Counted from the first letter of the stretch, positions 20,588 through 31,023 are shown. The stretch is DNA of 64,000 nt from Parcubacteria group bacterium Gr01-1014_3 (GCA_007376445.1 VMGF01000001.1:21802-85801), one strand, 5' to 3'. The notes: generated by a model not told the origin, from the sequence alone. Program-made: numbers and translations.

Positions 20588-20995
20588 ATGGCTGAATGGA
20601 GCGATCGCTCGATCCTTCGGGCGCTTCCCAATCCCAGTACCGCGGGTTATGAGATTAAGATCAAGAATCCGGAGCTCACCTTCTTAGGAGTTAAGAACCA
20701 GCCGGATTTCGCTAATGTTTTTCTGACCGTTTATCCCGACAAACACATCATCGAGCTTAGGTCGCTGAAGTTGTATTTCCAGCAATTCCGCGACAAGGTG
20801 GTGTCCTACGAACGCTTAGTCAATGTCATCTATGATGATCTCGTGGAAGTTTATAAACCAACGCGCTTAAGGATCGTGATGGTTCTCCGACCCCGAGGCG
20901 GAATCAGCTCACGCCTTACGATAGATTCGGATTGGTCGGCGAGAGGAGGCAAGGAACAATTTAAAGACTGGGTCGGCCAGGCCGATGAATGGTAA
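20588..20995 (+). CDS. QueF-like T-fold protein lacking the catalytic Cys
   Basis: PELTFLGVKNQPDFA, ELRSLKLY, SYE, PRGGI. Confidence 0.8.
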   Translation: MAEWSDRSILRALPNPSTAGYEIKIKNPELTFLGVKNQPDFANVFLTVYPDKHIIELRSLKLYFQQFRDKVVSYERLVNVIYDDLVEVYKPTRLRIVMVLRPRGGISSRLTIDSDWSARGGKEQFKDWVGQADEW

Positions 20996-21027
20996 TTCAA
21001 AGACTCCTCGCGCTAAGCGGGGATTTT

Positions 21028-21345
21028 TTATTTCAAAATCACGATTGCCGCGATTAAAACCAGAAACATCGCCAGCCCGCCTATAGTGATGAAAAGCATA
21101 GCTAACGCCTCCTTTTTAAGGCCAGCCAGATACAGCTGGAGCGGCTTGCCCAAAACTAAAAATCCAGTTATCGATGCCGAGATGACGAATGCGAGAAGAA
21201 AGAGCGTAGGCGCTAAAAAAGTGTCCGGCTCCTTATTGTCAAAAATCGTCTTGGCATTAAACATCAACCAAGCCAGGCCCGACACATACGCCACTACCCC
21301 CACCGCGTCCAACAAACCCCGCAAAACATATTTTTTTAAATTCAT
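21028..21345 (-). CDS. three-TM membrane protein
   Basis: Hydrophobic helices; start MNLKK downstream of the tRNA. Confidence 0.75.
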   Translation of the reverse strand: MNLKKYVLRGLLDAVGVVAYVSGLAWLMFNAKTIFDNKEPDTFLAPTLFLLAFVISASITGFLVLGKPLQLYLAGLKKEALAMLFITIGGLAMFLVLIAAIVILK

Positions 21346-21390
21346 ATATATTACTAACCCGAGGTTTCGGATAATTTGTTTCGATATTCG

Positions 21391-21461
21391 TGGACCTGAG
21401 GAGAATCGAACTCCTGCCTCGGCAATGCGAATGCCGCGTAATACCACTTTACTACAGGCCC
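21391..21461 (-). tRNA. tRNA-Ala(CGC), CCA not encoded
   Basis: Cloverleaf GGGCCTG...CAGGTCC-A with G3:U70, anticodon loop TTCGCAT, GTTCGA T-loop. Confidence 0.93.
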
Positions 21462-21587
21462 TAATTTCCCAATTTTAACGCGTAAAATGGATAAATTCAA
21501 GAACAGTGTCGAATCTTTATTTGACAAAATCGAGTTTTTCATTTATTCTATTCTCGTTACTTTGACAACTTTTTTTGGAGGTATCTG

Positions 21588-22610
21588 ATGCACAAAGGCA
21601 CAGTGCTAAAAGCGAGGTCGCTTAATAAAAAGGGATTTGGGGAAATTCGTCTATGTACGGGCGAAAAGATCACGGTTAAGAAAGGCGAGAAAAAATTAAT
21701 TTTTTCTTACCACGACAGCTGTGTTGAAGTACCAATCATAAGCCCTCTTTCTAAAACACCGTATACCTACATTACTGCTACAGATTTACCAAATACCATT
21801 GTGGTTTATTATCGCTCATCCTGGAAGGGATTTGGGAATTTACCATGCGCTGCCGGAGTAATTCTTGTTAATGGATCGAAGTTACAGGCCTTGCCTGGTG
21901 TTCGCTCGGAAAGTTTTGTTTGGCCTGATCCAGGCACTTCAAGGCTGGTTATCAGTCGAGTAGAAAAATCGCCATTTGATTCACCGTGCTCGGCATTGCT
22001 AGATACCGAACAACTTCCGCAAAATAATATCGAATCTCTCTATCACTTCCCTGCTCGTGAACCGATAATCGTAGAATCAATAGCGCTAACTAGTTTTGCC
22101 GGGGAGGTTCACTCTTCAGATAATCCAGGAACCGGTGGATCGGGTGGTTCCGTTTCTCATCTGTATCCATGGATTAGCCCTGATGGCAAAAGGCATGGTT
22201 GGGCTTTCGCTTTTCAGGATTGGCATGTCATTGGCAAGAAACGGCCAGCTGGCATCACGCAAAAAACCGGAGAAACGAGCTTTCTTCGCTATGACGGGCA
22301 TCAATTTATTCACAAAGAAACGACCGATGTTCCCCGTTGGCTAGCAGACCGACATATATTTTATGACGGCATTGATTGGGACCAGCCGGAATACTTTGAT
22401 ATTTCACTTGGTGGTGAACAGGCGAATTTCTCAAGACTCAATAAATGGCGGTCTGGGATTTTCCAATTCAATGAGGTCAATTTAGCATTAGCTGCATATC
22501 ATTCTCGCAAAAAATATCTTAAAGATAATAAAATTATACCGCGTTGCGAATGCTGGGAAAAAGCTGATTGGCCCAAACAACGACGAGTTTGTGTTGGTGT
22601 AACTATATAA
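21588..22610 (+). CDS. hypothetical protein (SD-led, next to the tRNA)
   Basis: 340-aa ORF; TTGACA-17-TATTCT at 21521, GGAGGT, terminator at about 22617-22643. Confidence 0.75.
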   Translation: MHKGTVLKARSLNKKGFGEIRLCTGEKITVKKGEKKLIFSYHDSCVEVPIISPLSKTPYTYITATDLPNTIVVYYRSSWKGFGNLPCAAGVILVNGSKLQALPGVRSESFVWPDPGTSRLVISRVEKSPFDSPCSALLDTEQLPQNNIESLYHFPAREPIIVESIALTSFAGEVHSSDNPGTGGSGGSVSHLYPWISPDGKRHGWAFAFQDWHVIGKKRPAGITQKTGETSFLRYDGHQFIHKETTDVPRWLADRHIFYDGIDWDQPEYFDISLGGEQANFSRLNKWRSGIFQFNEVNLALAAYHSRKKYLKDNKIIPRCECWEKADWPKQRRVCVGVTI

Positions 22611-22671
22611 AAACGTAAAACCGGCTTGTAGCCGGTTTTTTTTAATTCCTTGTAAATTATGAACCTCTTGT

Positions 22672-23688
22672 CTACTTCGTGTAATAAATGAACTCCAATA
22701 TAATAAGCGCAAACCAACCGGCTTGCAAGATGAAGAACAGGACGATCTGAACCAGTTCCAGGAAGTGAGTTCGGGAAACGCTGAAGTTTTCCGAGATGAT
22801 GTGGTAGATATCTTCGAGTGATCCAAGCTTGGTTTCGATGGTTTTCCGCCATTCCTCCATCTTGAATTTTTTTGATACTAGGTCATACAAACGAGCCGAG
22901 AACCAGTCACCGATCAGCTTAATATCCCGGTCGATCGCCTCAAAGTCCGCGATAGCTTTTGATCGCACCTCGATCACTTCCTTAAAAGCGCGAGCAAGCT
23001 CTTTGCGGTTAGCCAGCAAGCGGGTATCCGGTTTCTGAGCAAACTGCGTCACTTTTCGCAAACGGTCGTCCAATTCAAAATCCAAAGCCCGGTATCTCAG
23101 GAGCTGAAGATTCGCGGTCTGGAAAAGATCGATGATCTCGTCTACATCGCCCTTAGTATCAAAAACGAAGGCGCCATCCCAGTCGACGATCACCAGGTCG
23201 TCTTTGGCGTACTTGATCTGCCTGGAAAGCGTGTATTCAATTTCGTTGTCATCCAGCGGCTCTTTTTCGGATTTCAGGAAAGCCGCGATCTCGTTTTTCT
23301 TATTGAAAAACTGATCCGGGTCGCCCTTGTATCCAGAAACCAAAGCCACGGAATATTCTTCGCTTAAGTGTTGTTTGGCGCCGCGTTTTTGGGAAATTTT
23401 ATGGCAAGTGTCGATAAGAGCCTCGCGCAAAGCGAAGGTTTCCGGGGAAAAAATATCGTCCACCACCACCGTGGCTTCAACCACCATGTTGCCAGGCGGA
23501 TAGCTGCGGATCAGGAACTTCACTTTCCTGCCATCCACGGTAATCTGCTCCTCGCCCATGGCGAACTGCTTGGGGATAGTTTCCTCATAATACTGCGGGG
23601 CGCTTTCCAGTGGCTTAGCCGACAATTCAGCCCCTTTTTTGACCTTAGGGGTCTCGGAAACGACGAATGAGATGAGTTTGAACTCCAT
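22672..23688 (-). CDS. hypothetical protein with C-terminal TM helix (RMD1/DUF155- or CorA-like architecture)
   Basis: DLVIVDW, ANLQLL, LELVQIVL followed by a TM helix. Confidence 0.65.
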   Translation of the reverse strand: MEFKLISFVVSETPKVKKGAELSAKPLESAPQYYEETIPKQFAMGEEQITVDGRKVKFLIRSYPPGNMVVEATVVVDDIFSPETFALREALIDTCHKISQKRGAKQHLSEEYSVALVSGYKGDPDQFFNKKNEIAAFLKSEKEPLDDNEIEYTLSRQIKYAKDDLVIVDWDGAFVFDTKGDVDEIIDLFQTANLQLLRYRALDFELDDRLRKVTQFAQKPDTRLLANRKELARAFKEVIEVRSKAIADFEAIDRDIKLIGDWFSARLYDLVSKKFKMEEWRKTIETKLGSLEDIYHIISENFSVSRTHFLELVQIVLFFILQAGWFALIILEFIYYTK

Positions 23689-23958
23689 CCCGTTAGAAGC
23701 AGGTCGTCGAAGACGACCGCGGATTTGCCGTCCGACAACGGTTCAGTAAAAGCTTTAATTTATTGTTTAAGCTGTGTGTCATAGATTAGTTGCTTCTAAC
23801 GGGATCTATGTTTTTATCATAGCACTTTATGGACTTTAGAGACTTTAAGGACTTTCGGCTTATAAAGTTATCCACATAAGCCAAAATAGGCCAGAATTTC
23901 AATGGTATAATTAAAAACATAGTGAAAGGTCGGCTTTAAACATAAACAAACAATACTT

Positions 23959-24645
23959 ATGCTTATTGAAAGCTGGGTAAACGTATTAAGAGCTTCTTTG
24001 CAAAACCTCTGGCTCACTGTAGCCGGTTTTTTGCCGTCCCTAATGGGCGCCATCCTGGTCTTCATCGTCGGCTTAATTGTCGCCGCTGTCTTGGACCGGG
24101 TAGTTGAGAGACTTATTTACTACCTTAAAGTTGACGCGGTTCTCCGCAAACTTGGAGTAGAACAATACCTGCACCGCGCGAATTTGACCCTTGATTCGGG
24201 CCATTTCGTCGGTAAGATCGTTTACTGGTTCTTTGTATTGGCTTTCTTGCTTGCCGCATCCGACATTTTGGGATTTTTCACCCTTTCCGGATTCATTCGC
24301 GACGTACTTAGCTACGTCCCGGATATCTTGGTGGCGATTATGATCCTCTTGTCGGCGCTGATGATCGCGACTTTCTTGCGACGATTGGTAATGGCGAGCG
24401 TGATGAGCGCGCAAATCCACGGCGCCAAGGGGCTAGCAATGGTTACTTGGTGGGTGGTTATGATTTTCGGCCTTTTGACTGCTTTAGTGCAATTGGGAGT
24501 CGCCGTTAACATTATCAATACCGTTATCACCGGATTGATCGCTATGATGGCCATCGCTGGCGGTCTGGCGTTCGGTTTGGGAGGTAAAGAGTACGCGTCA
24601 AAGCTCTTGCAAAGAGTCGAAGACGAGATCGAACACAAGAGGTAA
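23959..24645 (+). CDS. TM-helix repeat protein (CmpX/MscS N-terminal-like)
   Basis: Repeated LP...GA units, GLAFGLGGK. Confidence 0.85.
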   Translation: MLIESWVNVLRASLQNLWLTVAGFLPSLMGAILVFIVGLIVAAVLDRVVERLIYYLKVDAVLRKLGVEQYLHRANLTLDSGHFVGKIVYWFFVLAFLLAASDILGFFTLSGFIRDVLSYVPDILVAIMILLSALMIATFLRRLVMASVMSAQIHGAKGLAMVTWWVVMIFGLLTALVQLGVAVNIINTVITGLIAMMAIAGGLAFGLGGKEYASKLLQRVEDEIEHKR

Positions 24646-24706
24646 ACCTCTTAGTTCATCAAAACAAAAACCTCCGCAAACTGGCGCGGAGGTTTTTGTT
24701 TTGGGT

Positions 24707-25921
24707 CTATCTTTTTTTTCTTAAGAATGTCGGAATGTCCCAGATATCAGATTTTTCCTTTTTTTCTTCTTTGGCTTTATCTTTAGACTTATCTTTGCCG
24801 AAATCCAATAATTCGTCTTTAGTGGAAGCCAAAACTACTTTTTCTTTGCCGTTAGCCGGAGGAAACGTCGAGTCTTTTTTATCGGTAAAAGGAGTAATTC
24901 TTGGTGTAAATAAGCCAGAGCCCGTCTCTTCAATGCCTTTCAGGGTCGTACTTCCATTGAAGCCAGTAGCGATCAAAATAACCTTGATCTGACCCTTCTT
25001 GAGTTTACGGTCATGATAAGCGCCAAAGATGATCTTTGCCGAAGTATCGATAGACTCCCCGATGACCTTGGCAATGTCGTGAATTTCGTTCATTTTAAGG
25101 TCCTTTCCACCGGAGACGGCAAAGAGCACACCCTTAGCGCCATCGATGGCAATTTCGAGTAATGGTGAATTAATAGCCTGATCCACCGCGCTCATGGCGC
25201 GATCACTGCCACCACTCAAACCGATACCCACGAGAGCCGGGCCGGCTTCTTTCATAATGGCTTTCACATCGGCGAAGTCCACGTTGATGATGCCCGGCAT
25301 CGCGATCAACTCGGAAATACCCTGCACGCTGTAGCGAAGCACGTCATCAATATATTCAAACGCCTTGATGATCGGAGTATCTTTTTGGATCACGCTAAAA
25401 ATCCGGTCATTCGGAATAACGATCAGGGTATCCACTTTTTCTTTTATTTTTAATAAAGCTTCCGCGGCAATTTTTGAACGCTGAACGCCTTCGAAAGCGA
25501 ACGGTTTAGTGACAATAGCGATCGTAAGCGCGCCGGATTCTTTAGCTACTTCGGCAACCACGGCAGACGCGCCGGAACCGGTGCCGCCACCCAAACCGGC
25601 AGTAATAAAGACCAAGTCAGCGCCCTTCAAGGCTTCGGCGATCTCCGAGCGATTCTCTTCAGCCGCCTGACGGCCTAATTCCGGATTCATACCAGTGCCA
25701 AGACCGCGGGTTAAGTTCTTACCGATATAAATGCGTGATTTAGCGTTGCAGTAATCCAAATCCTGCGCGTCGGTGTTGATAGCGATGTAATCGAGACCCT
25801 TGATCGTCAAGCTGTCTCTCATGCGAGAAATGGCATTACCGCCACCGCCGCCCACGCCGACGACTTTGATCTTGGCGCTATAATCGCTTAATTTTTTTTG
25901 TGGTTTATTATTGCCTGCCAT
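24707..25921 (-). CDS. ftsZ: cell division protein FtsZ
   Basis: GVGGGGGN, GGGTGSG, INVDFADV. Confidence 0.98.
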   Translation of the reverse strand: MAGNNKPQKKLSDYSAKIKVVGVGGGGGNAISRMRDSLTIKGLDYIAINTDAQDLDYCNAKSRIYIGKNLTRGLGTGMNPELGRQAAEENRSEIAEALKGADLVFITAGLGGGTGSGASAVVAEVAKESGALTIAIVTKPFAFEGVQRSKIAAEALLKIKEKVDTLIVIPNDRIFSVIQKDTPIIKAFEYIDDVLRYSVQGISELIAMPGIINVDFADVKAIMKEAGPALVGIGLSGGSDRAMSAVDQAINSPLLEIAIDGAKGVLFAVSGGKDLKMNEIHDIAKVIGESIDTSAKIIFGAYHDRKLKKGQIKVILIATGFNGSTTLKGIEETGSGLFTPRITPFTDKKDSTFPPANGKEKVVLASTKDELLDFGKDKSKDKAKEEKKEKSDIWDIPTFLRKKR

Positions 25922-25936
25922 GTTCTTAAAATAAAC

Positions 25937-27166
25937 TTAAGGTATAAACACTTTAAAAATCTTCTTCAGCCAGTCGAACTTCATGCCGCCGCTGGAATCC
26001 TCGCCGGTCATTTTGTCTTTTCCCCAAAGCACGAGGCCGAAAGCGCAGGCCATCTCCGGATCTTCCGATCGGGAAATTAATTCCGCGTTTTGAACTTCGA
26101 ACTCGGAGGTATTAGGGAAACCGACCTGCACACTCAAGCGCAGTTCCTGTTTCGCTAAGTCTACGATGCCGGGGAGCTTCGAACCGCCACCAAGCAGGAT
26201 CGCTCCTGCCGGAAGACGGGCTGATTTGCCAATGTGTTTCAATTCATTATTAACGAATTCCATTATTTCCGCAAATCGGGCCTCCAATATCTCGGAAATG
26301 AACCTCCGAGTCACCGCGTTCTTTGCCACCGGGTCATATTTTGTGAGATCCACCTGCTCCCTGGCCGGCACATCTTTGGCGGTCGCGGAACCGAGCGTGA
26401 GCTTGATATTCTCCGCGGCTGGGATCGAAGTCTTTAAGCCGATCGCGAGGTCGTTGGTGGCATGGCCGGAACCAACCGGCGAGACCGCGGTATGTAAAAG
26501 TTTATTTTCTTCGTAGATACTGACACCTGTTTTTCCAAAACCGATATCGATGGTTACCACGCCTAGATCCCGCTGATTACGCGAAAGCACCGAGCGGCTG
26601 ACCGCCAACGGATTGAATATCAAGCTGGAGATACTACCGCCCGCGCCTTCCACGCAACGCATTAAGTTTTTAATGCCGGGAGCGAGCGCGTCGATGATCA
26701 AACTGCTGACCTCCAAGCGGCTGCCGATCATACCCAGCGGATCAGCGACGTCCACAATATCATCCACCACGAAAGCGCGGGTGACGGAGTGCACAATCAT
26801 CCGGTTGGCGGGAAGTTTGATGGCTTGCGAGGCATCTATCGCGCGATCGATGTCGTCTTTATGGATTTCCGAATCAGCGCGGGAAACGGCAACGATGCCC
26901 TTGGATAACTGTGAACGAAAATCCGTGCTGGCCACGCCAAGATAAATGTTTTTGTGAGCGCTCTTGGAAACTTGTTTCACTTCGGCAAACACCTGATTCA
27001 AAGCGCGCGTGGCTTCCGCCATATCTTCAACCACGCCACGCCGAAGACCGGCCGAAGGCATCTTCAGAATTTTCAAAAGAGATAACTGACCGTTTTTTTT
27101 GAGTTCGGCAACCACCGCCTTGATGCTGTGGGAGCCAACATCTAAACCAAGGATATGATTCTGCAT
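25937..27166 (-). CDS. ftsA: cell division protein FtsA
   Basis: GLDVGS, IDIGFG, GGGSKLPG; upstream of ftsZ. Confidence 0.96.
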   Translation of the reverse strand: MQNHILGLDVGSHSIKAVVAELKKNGQLSLLKILKMPSAGLRRGVVEDMAEATRALNQVFAEVKQVSKSAHKNIYLGVASTDFRSQLSKGIVAVSRADSEIHKDDIDRAIDASQAIKLPANRMIVHSVTRAFVVDDIVDVADPLGMIGSRLEVSSLIIDALAPGIKNLMRCVEGAGGSISSLIFNPLAVSRSVLSRNQRDLGVVTIDIGFGKTGVSIYEENKLLHTAVSPVGSGHATNDLAIGLKTSIPAAENIKLTLGSATAKDVPAREQVDLTKYDPVAKNAVTRRFISEILEARFAEIMEFVNNELKHIGKSARLPAGAILLGGGSKLPGIVDLAKQELRLSVQVGFPNTSEFEVQNAELISRSEDPEMACAFGLVLWGKDKMTGEDSSGGMKFDWLKKIFKVFIP

Positions 27167-27182
27167 CTATGTGTAAGAAAAA

Positions 27183-27650
27183 TTACTTCTGGATTCGCGC
27201 CAGCCGTGAAAGAATCTTTGCTTCTTCTTTCTCCATATTTATTCTATCATTTTTTTTATCGTGTAAATAGCCTAATAAATGCAAGAAGCCGTGGATCAGC
27301 AGGTACTGGAATGCCGTCGTAAAACTTAGGCATTTTTCCCGTTTAATTTGAGCCTGAAGACCAGGCAAATTGACCATATTCTCGAGATCACGCTCGATGA
27401 AGCTGGGATTAATATAAATCTCGCCTAATGGCGTAGCTTTGGACTTTCCGATCAGCGGAAAACCGGTCGGCGCTGGATATGACCAGACATTTTTCTTCAG
27501 GATCCTATCCGGCACCAAAACAATTTCTACCTGACCATTTTTCACTTTCTTATTGGAATTAAAAAAACGCGCCAAACCGGTGGCCGTTTTTTTAACCAGA
27601 CTGCGGAGTCTGGATGCCTTCGGATCTAATATCTCGACAACGACTTTCAT
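27183..27650 (-). CDS. ybeY: rRNA maturation RNase YbeY
   Basis: LGEIYI, HGFLHLLGYLH. Confidence 0.88.
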   Translation of the reverse strand: MKVVVEILDPKASRLRSLVKKTATGLARFFNSNKKVKNGQVEIVLVPDRILKKNVWSYPAPTGFPLIGKSKATPLGEIYINPSFIERDLENMVNLPGLQAQIKREKCLSFTTAFQYLLIHGFLHLLGYLHDKKNDRINMEKEEAKILSRLARIQK

Positions 27651-27653
27651 CCC

Positions 27654-28103
27654 CTACTTCATCAATTCTTTTACGACCTCACCGATTATCGCGCCGTCCG
27701 CTTTTCCTTTCAGCTCTTTCATCACTTCACGCATAACCAAACCAAAATCCTTCCCCGCGTTTTTCGCGATCAGGTCTTTTACAATCGGAACAATTTCTTC
27801 TTTGCCCATCTGCTTCGGTAAATATTTTTGCAAGACTTCCAACTCGGCTTTTTCTTTCGCCGCCAGATCCGCCCGGCCACCGGCTTCAAAACTCAGAGCA
27901 GATTCCTTGCGCTTTTTTGCCTCGCTCATCAGAACTTCGGTAACAACTTCATCGGTCATCGTAAAATCAGGCTTCTTAGCCTTGAGATCGATTTCTTTAT
28001 TCCTTAAAGCAGAAATAATCATCCGGATAACGCCAAGAACATCCGCGTTACCGGCTTTCATCGCGGCTTTCATATCTTCCATCAACTGATCTTTTAGTGC
28101 CAT
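27654..28103 (-). CDS. GatB/YqeY domain protein
   Basis: DMKAAMKA, YLPKQM, GKADG. Confidence 0.93.
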   Translation of the reverse strand: MALKDQLMEDMKAAMKAGNADVLGVIRMIISALRNKEIDLKAKKPDFTMTDEVVTEVLMSEAKKRKESALSFEAGGRADLAAKEKAELEVLQKYLPKQMGKEEIVPIVKDLIAKNAGKDFGLVMREVMKELKGKADGAIIGEVVKELMK

Positions 28104-28185
28104 GTAATTAGTTTATAAAGTTAAAAGTCGAAAGTCCATAAAGCGAGATGCCTTACGGACTTTATAGACTTTACGAACTTGCGAC

Positions 28186-28401
28186 TTAGAGTGTTCCCAT
28201 CTTTCGAGCTCGCTCGACTTCTTTCTTTTTAACTTCGCGATGGATCGCGGAAACACGCCGCTTGTTGCGGTTAATCGTTCTTCCGGAAAATCGGCGCTTT
28301 TTTGCTTCGCGCAAAACTCCGCTTTGCTGCATTTTCTTGGTAAAGCGGAACATCAAAGCTCCGATGGATTCGCCGTCTTTTTTGCGTACTTCAATAGACA
28401 T
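28186..28401 (-). CDS. rpsU: 30S ribosomal protein S21
   Basis: EVRKKDGESI...FRFTKK...SGVLREAKKRRF; next to yqeY. Confidence 0.85.
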   Translation of the reverse strand: MSIEVRKKDGESIGALMFRFTKKMQQSGVLREAKKRRFSGRTINRNKRRVSAIHREVKKKEVERARKMGTL

Positions 28402-28467
28402 AGTGGTTATACTACATCAAAATGAATTCATTGGCAATAGCCGAACTCGGAATCCGAACACAAATGT

Positions 28468-28584
28468 TAATTTCCAATTTTAAATTTTTAATTTTAAATT
28501 AAATCAAAATGAGAAAATGTTAAAAAATTTATTCATTAATTCATTCAATTAAAACTTAAAATTTATAATTTAAAATTATTCCAT
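28468..28584. repeat. AT-rich ~117-bp dispersed element
   Basis: Near-identical inverted copy at 50687-50803; looser relatives at 28931-29025, 30366-30456, 38170-38263. Confidence 0.8.
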
Positions 28585-28605
28585 TTTAGCTTAGAATTTG
28601 TGTAT

Positions 28606-28929
28606 TTAAGGTTGTGGCCAGCCACCCAAAAGATGCAGATGTAAGTGGTCGATTACCTGACCACCCTCCCGTCCTACATTAAAAACGAGCTTATAACCCT
28701 TTAAATCGAACTTTGCCGCCAGATCTTTCGCCGCGTAGATCAGACCGGCCAAGAGCTCCTTATGATTGCCCTCCAGGTGAGCGATAGATTGAATGTGCTC
28801 TTTTGGGATAACTAGATAATGAACCGGTGCGGATGGCCGGATGTCTTTAAAAGCCATTAAACTCTCGGTCTCCATTGCCAGTTCAGCGGGAATTTCTTTT
28901 TTCGCAATTTTACAGAAGACACAGTCCAT
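28606..28929 (-). CDS. HIT family nucleotide-binding protein
   Basis: CVFC, HLHLHLLGG. Confidence 0.95.
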   Translation of the reverse strand: MDCVFCKIAKKEIPAELAMETESLMAFKDIRPSAPVHYLVIPKEHIQSIAHLEGNHKELLAGLIYAAKDLAAKFDLKGYKLVFNVGREGGQVIDHLHLHLLGGWPQP

Positions 28930-29026
28930 GAAAATTTTAAATTTCCAATTTTAAATTTTAATTTAATTTTTTAATTTATGAATTTTATAATTCATTTAAA
29001 ATTAAAAATTTAGAATTTAAAATTAC

Positions 29027-30319
29027 TTAGTGCATCTTCCGTTTAATGGCCGCGACTATTTTCTTAAGTGGCACGGTCTCTTGGGCGCCAGTTTTCATAT
29101 CGCGAATAATGATGGACTGCTCAAACGCTTCTTTCTGACCAAAGATCAGCGAAAGCGGCGCCTCGAACTTATTGGCCGTGCGAAGTTGCGCGTTCAAAGA
29201 ATCCTTGCCGAGCTGTTCCATGACATCAATCCCCGCTTCCCTTAATTCTTCGATCAAAACTAAACTTCGTTTTTTAGCGGTGTCCCCGATGTGAATTAAA
29301 AAGATCTTCGGACGAACACGATTACCCAGCGAAATCTCTTTCGTCTTCATCACCTCGATAATCCGTTCAAGACCCATGGCCCCACCGACACCCGGCGACT
29401 GCCGTCCTCCCATTAACTCAATAAGATAGTCATAACGTCCGCCGGCGCCAAGCGCGAAATCAAATCCCTCGGCAAAGATCTCAAAAACCGTTTTGGTGTA
29501 ATAATCGAAGCCGCGCACCAGAAGTGGATTGAGCATATATGGTAATTTCAACTCTTCCAGATACTCCAAAACTTTCTTGAAGTGCTTACGGCAATCACTG
29601 CAAAGATTATCGATAGTCTGCGGCGCTTCTTTTTTCAGCTCAACACATCCCGAAACCTTGCAATCCAAAAGCCGCATCGGATTGGTGTGAATGCGCCGCT
29701 TGCAGTCACCGCACAAAGATTTTTCTTTATTCTTATAATATTCCAGTAAATTTTTCCGGTAGATCGGGCGGCATTTGTTGCAACCAATACTGTTGATCTG
29801 TAAATTGATATTCTTGATCTTTAAATCATCCAGCGTGCGGTAGCAGGCCAGCATAGTCTGTACATCATAGACCGGATCGTTGTCAGAGCTGATTATCTCA
29901 AAGCCCGCCTGGTGAAACTGCCTGGTACGCCCAGCTTGCGGTTGCTCGTAGCGGAACATCGGACCTTCATACCAAAGCTTTAGTGGCTGACCAAGATGGC
30001 TCAGACCATGCTCGATGTACGATCGGACTATAGAAGCTGTTCCTTCAGGGCGAAGCACTACTTCATCCCCGCCCTTGGTTTTGAATGAAAACATCTGCTT
30101 TTCTACCACATCGGAAGTATCGCCCAGCGGCCGTTTAAATAATTCCAATTTTTCCATAACCGGAGTTTCGATCTTTAAAAAATTATAAAAGCCGGCGATT
30201 TCTTTGACGGCTTTCCGGATTCGGTCCCACCATGGCTGATCAGCCGGCAAAATATCGTTCATCCCTTTCAGGCTGGAGACCGGCTGTCTCTTCACTTTTT
30301 TCTGATCCTTTTTGGACAT
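29027..30319 (-). CDS. hisS: histidine--tRNA ligase
   Basis: LRPEGTA, FRYEQPQAGR, LVRGFDYY, GGRYD. Confidence 0.98.
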   Translation of the reverse strand: MSKKDQKKVKRQPVSSLKGMNDILPADQPWWDRIRKAVKEIAGFYNFLKIETPVMEKLELFKRPLGDTSDVVEKQMFSFKTKGGDEVVLRPEGTASIVRSYIEHGLSHLGQPLKLWYEGPMFRYEQPQAGRTRQFHQAGFEIISSDNDPVYDVQTMLACYRTLDDLKIKNINLQINSIGCNKCRPIYRKNLLEYYKNKEKSLCGDCKRRIHTNPMRLLDCKVSGCVELKKEAPQTIDNLCSDCRKHFKKVLEYLEELKLPYMLNPLLVRGFDYYTKTVFEIFAEGFDFALGAGGRYDYLIELMGGRQSPGVGGAMGLERIIEVMKTKEISLGNRVRPKIFLIHIGDTAKKRSLVLIEELREAGIDVMEQLGKDSLNAQLRTANKFEAPLSLIFGQKEAFEQSIIIRDMKTGAQETVPLKKIVAAIKRKMH

Positions 30320-30456
30320 ACAACTTTACTATTCTGATAGATTAAGAATTTATAAGCAAGTTTTTTGGAATTTTAAATTATAAATTTTTAATTTTAAATG
30401 AATTTTAAATTTTGAAATTAGTAATTAATTTAAAATTTATAATTTAAACTTTAAAA

Positions 30457-31011
30457 TTATTCAACGCCTGGTCGGGAAATAATGCCAAGCTCTTTAACCG
30501 GTAAGAGGCGGGCCCTGACAATACCAACGATATATCTCCTCTCCAGCGGTCCCCAACTTCTTGAATCCAGGCTGTTCAAACGATTATCCCCCATCACGAA
30601 ATACTGATCCGGCCCGAGCACCGCTTCCACGCCACCGGTCGTAAAAGTATTCTCCGGAAGATATTTTTCGTTGAGGAAAATCTCCACGCCTTTGTTGAAA
30701 ACTTTAACTTCATTTTTTCTGACGGTTACTTTATCTCCCGGAATGCCGATAATTCTTTTAATAAAAAAAGTTTTAGGATCTTTAGGATACCGGTGCACGA
30801 TCACGTCGCCGCGCTCCGGCTCACCGAATCGATAAGTCAGTTCATCTACTATTAAATAATTGCCGTCGTAAAAGTTCGGCTCCATACTGGCGCCGCTCAC
30901 TAAAAATGGCTGGGCGATGAACTGGCGAATCAAAAACACCACGGCCGCCGAAACGATGACCACCTCCAGCACTTCCCAGACAGAAGATAAGAATTTCTTG
31001 AAGCCAACCAT
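30457..31011 (-). CDS. lepB: signal peptidase I
   Basis: SGASMEP, FIKRIIG, GDNRLNSLDSR. Confidence 0.95.
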   Translation of the reverse strand: MVGFKKFLSSVWEVLEVVIVSAAVVFLIRQFIAQPFLVSGASMEPNFYDGNYLIVDELTYRFGEPERGDVIVHRYPKDPKTFFIKRIIGIPGDKVTVRKNEVKVFNKGVEIFLNEKYLPENTFTTGGVEAVLGPDQYFVMGDNRLNSLDSRSWGPLERRYIVGIVRARLLPVKELGIISRPGVE

Positions 31012-31023
31012 TATATGGATATT

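Noticed and set aside
21346-21542. N-terminal extension of ORF 21028-21447 and ORF 21354-21542
   Set aside because: They overlap tRNA-Ala; the membrane gene more plausibly starts at 21345.
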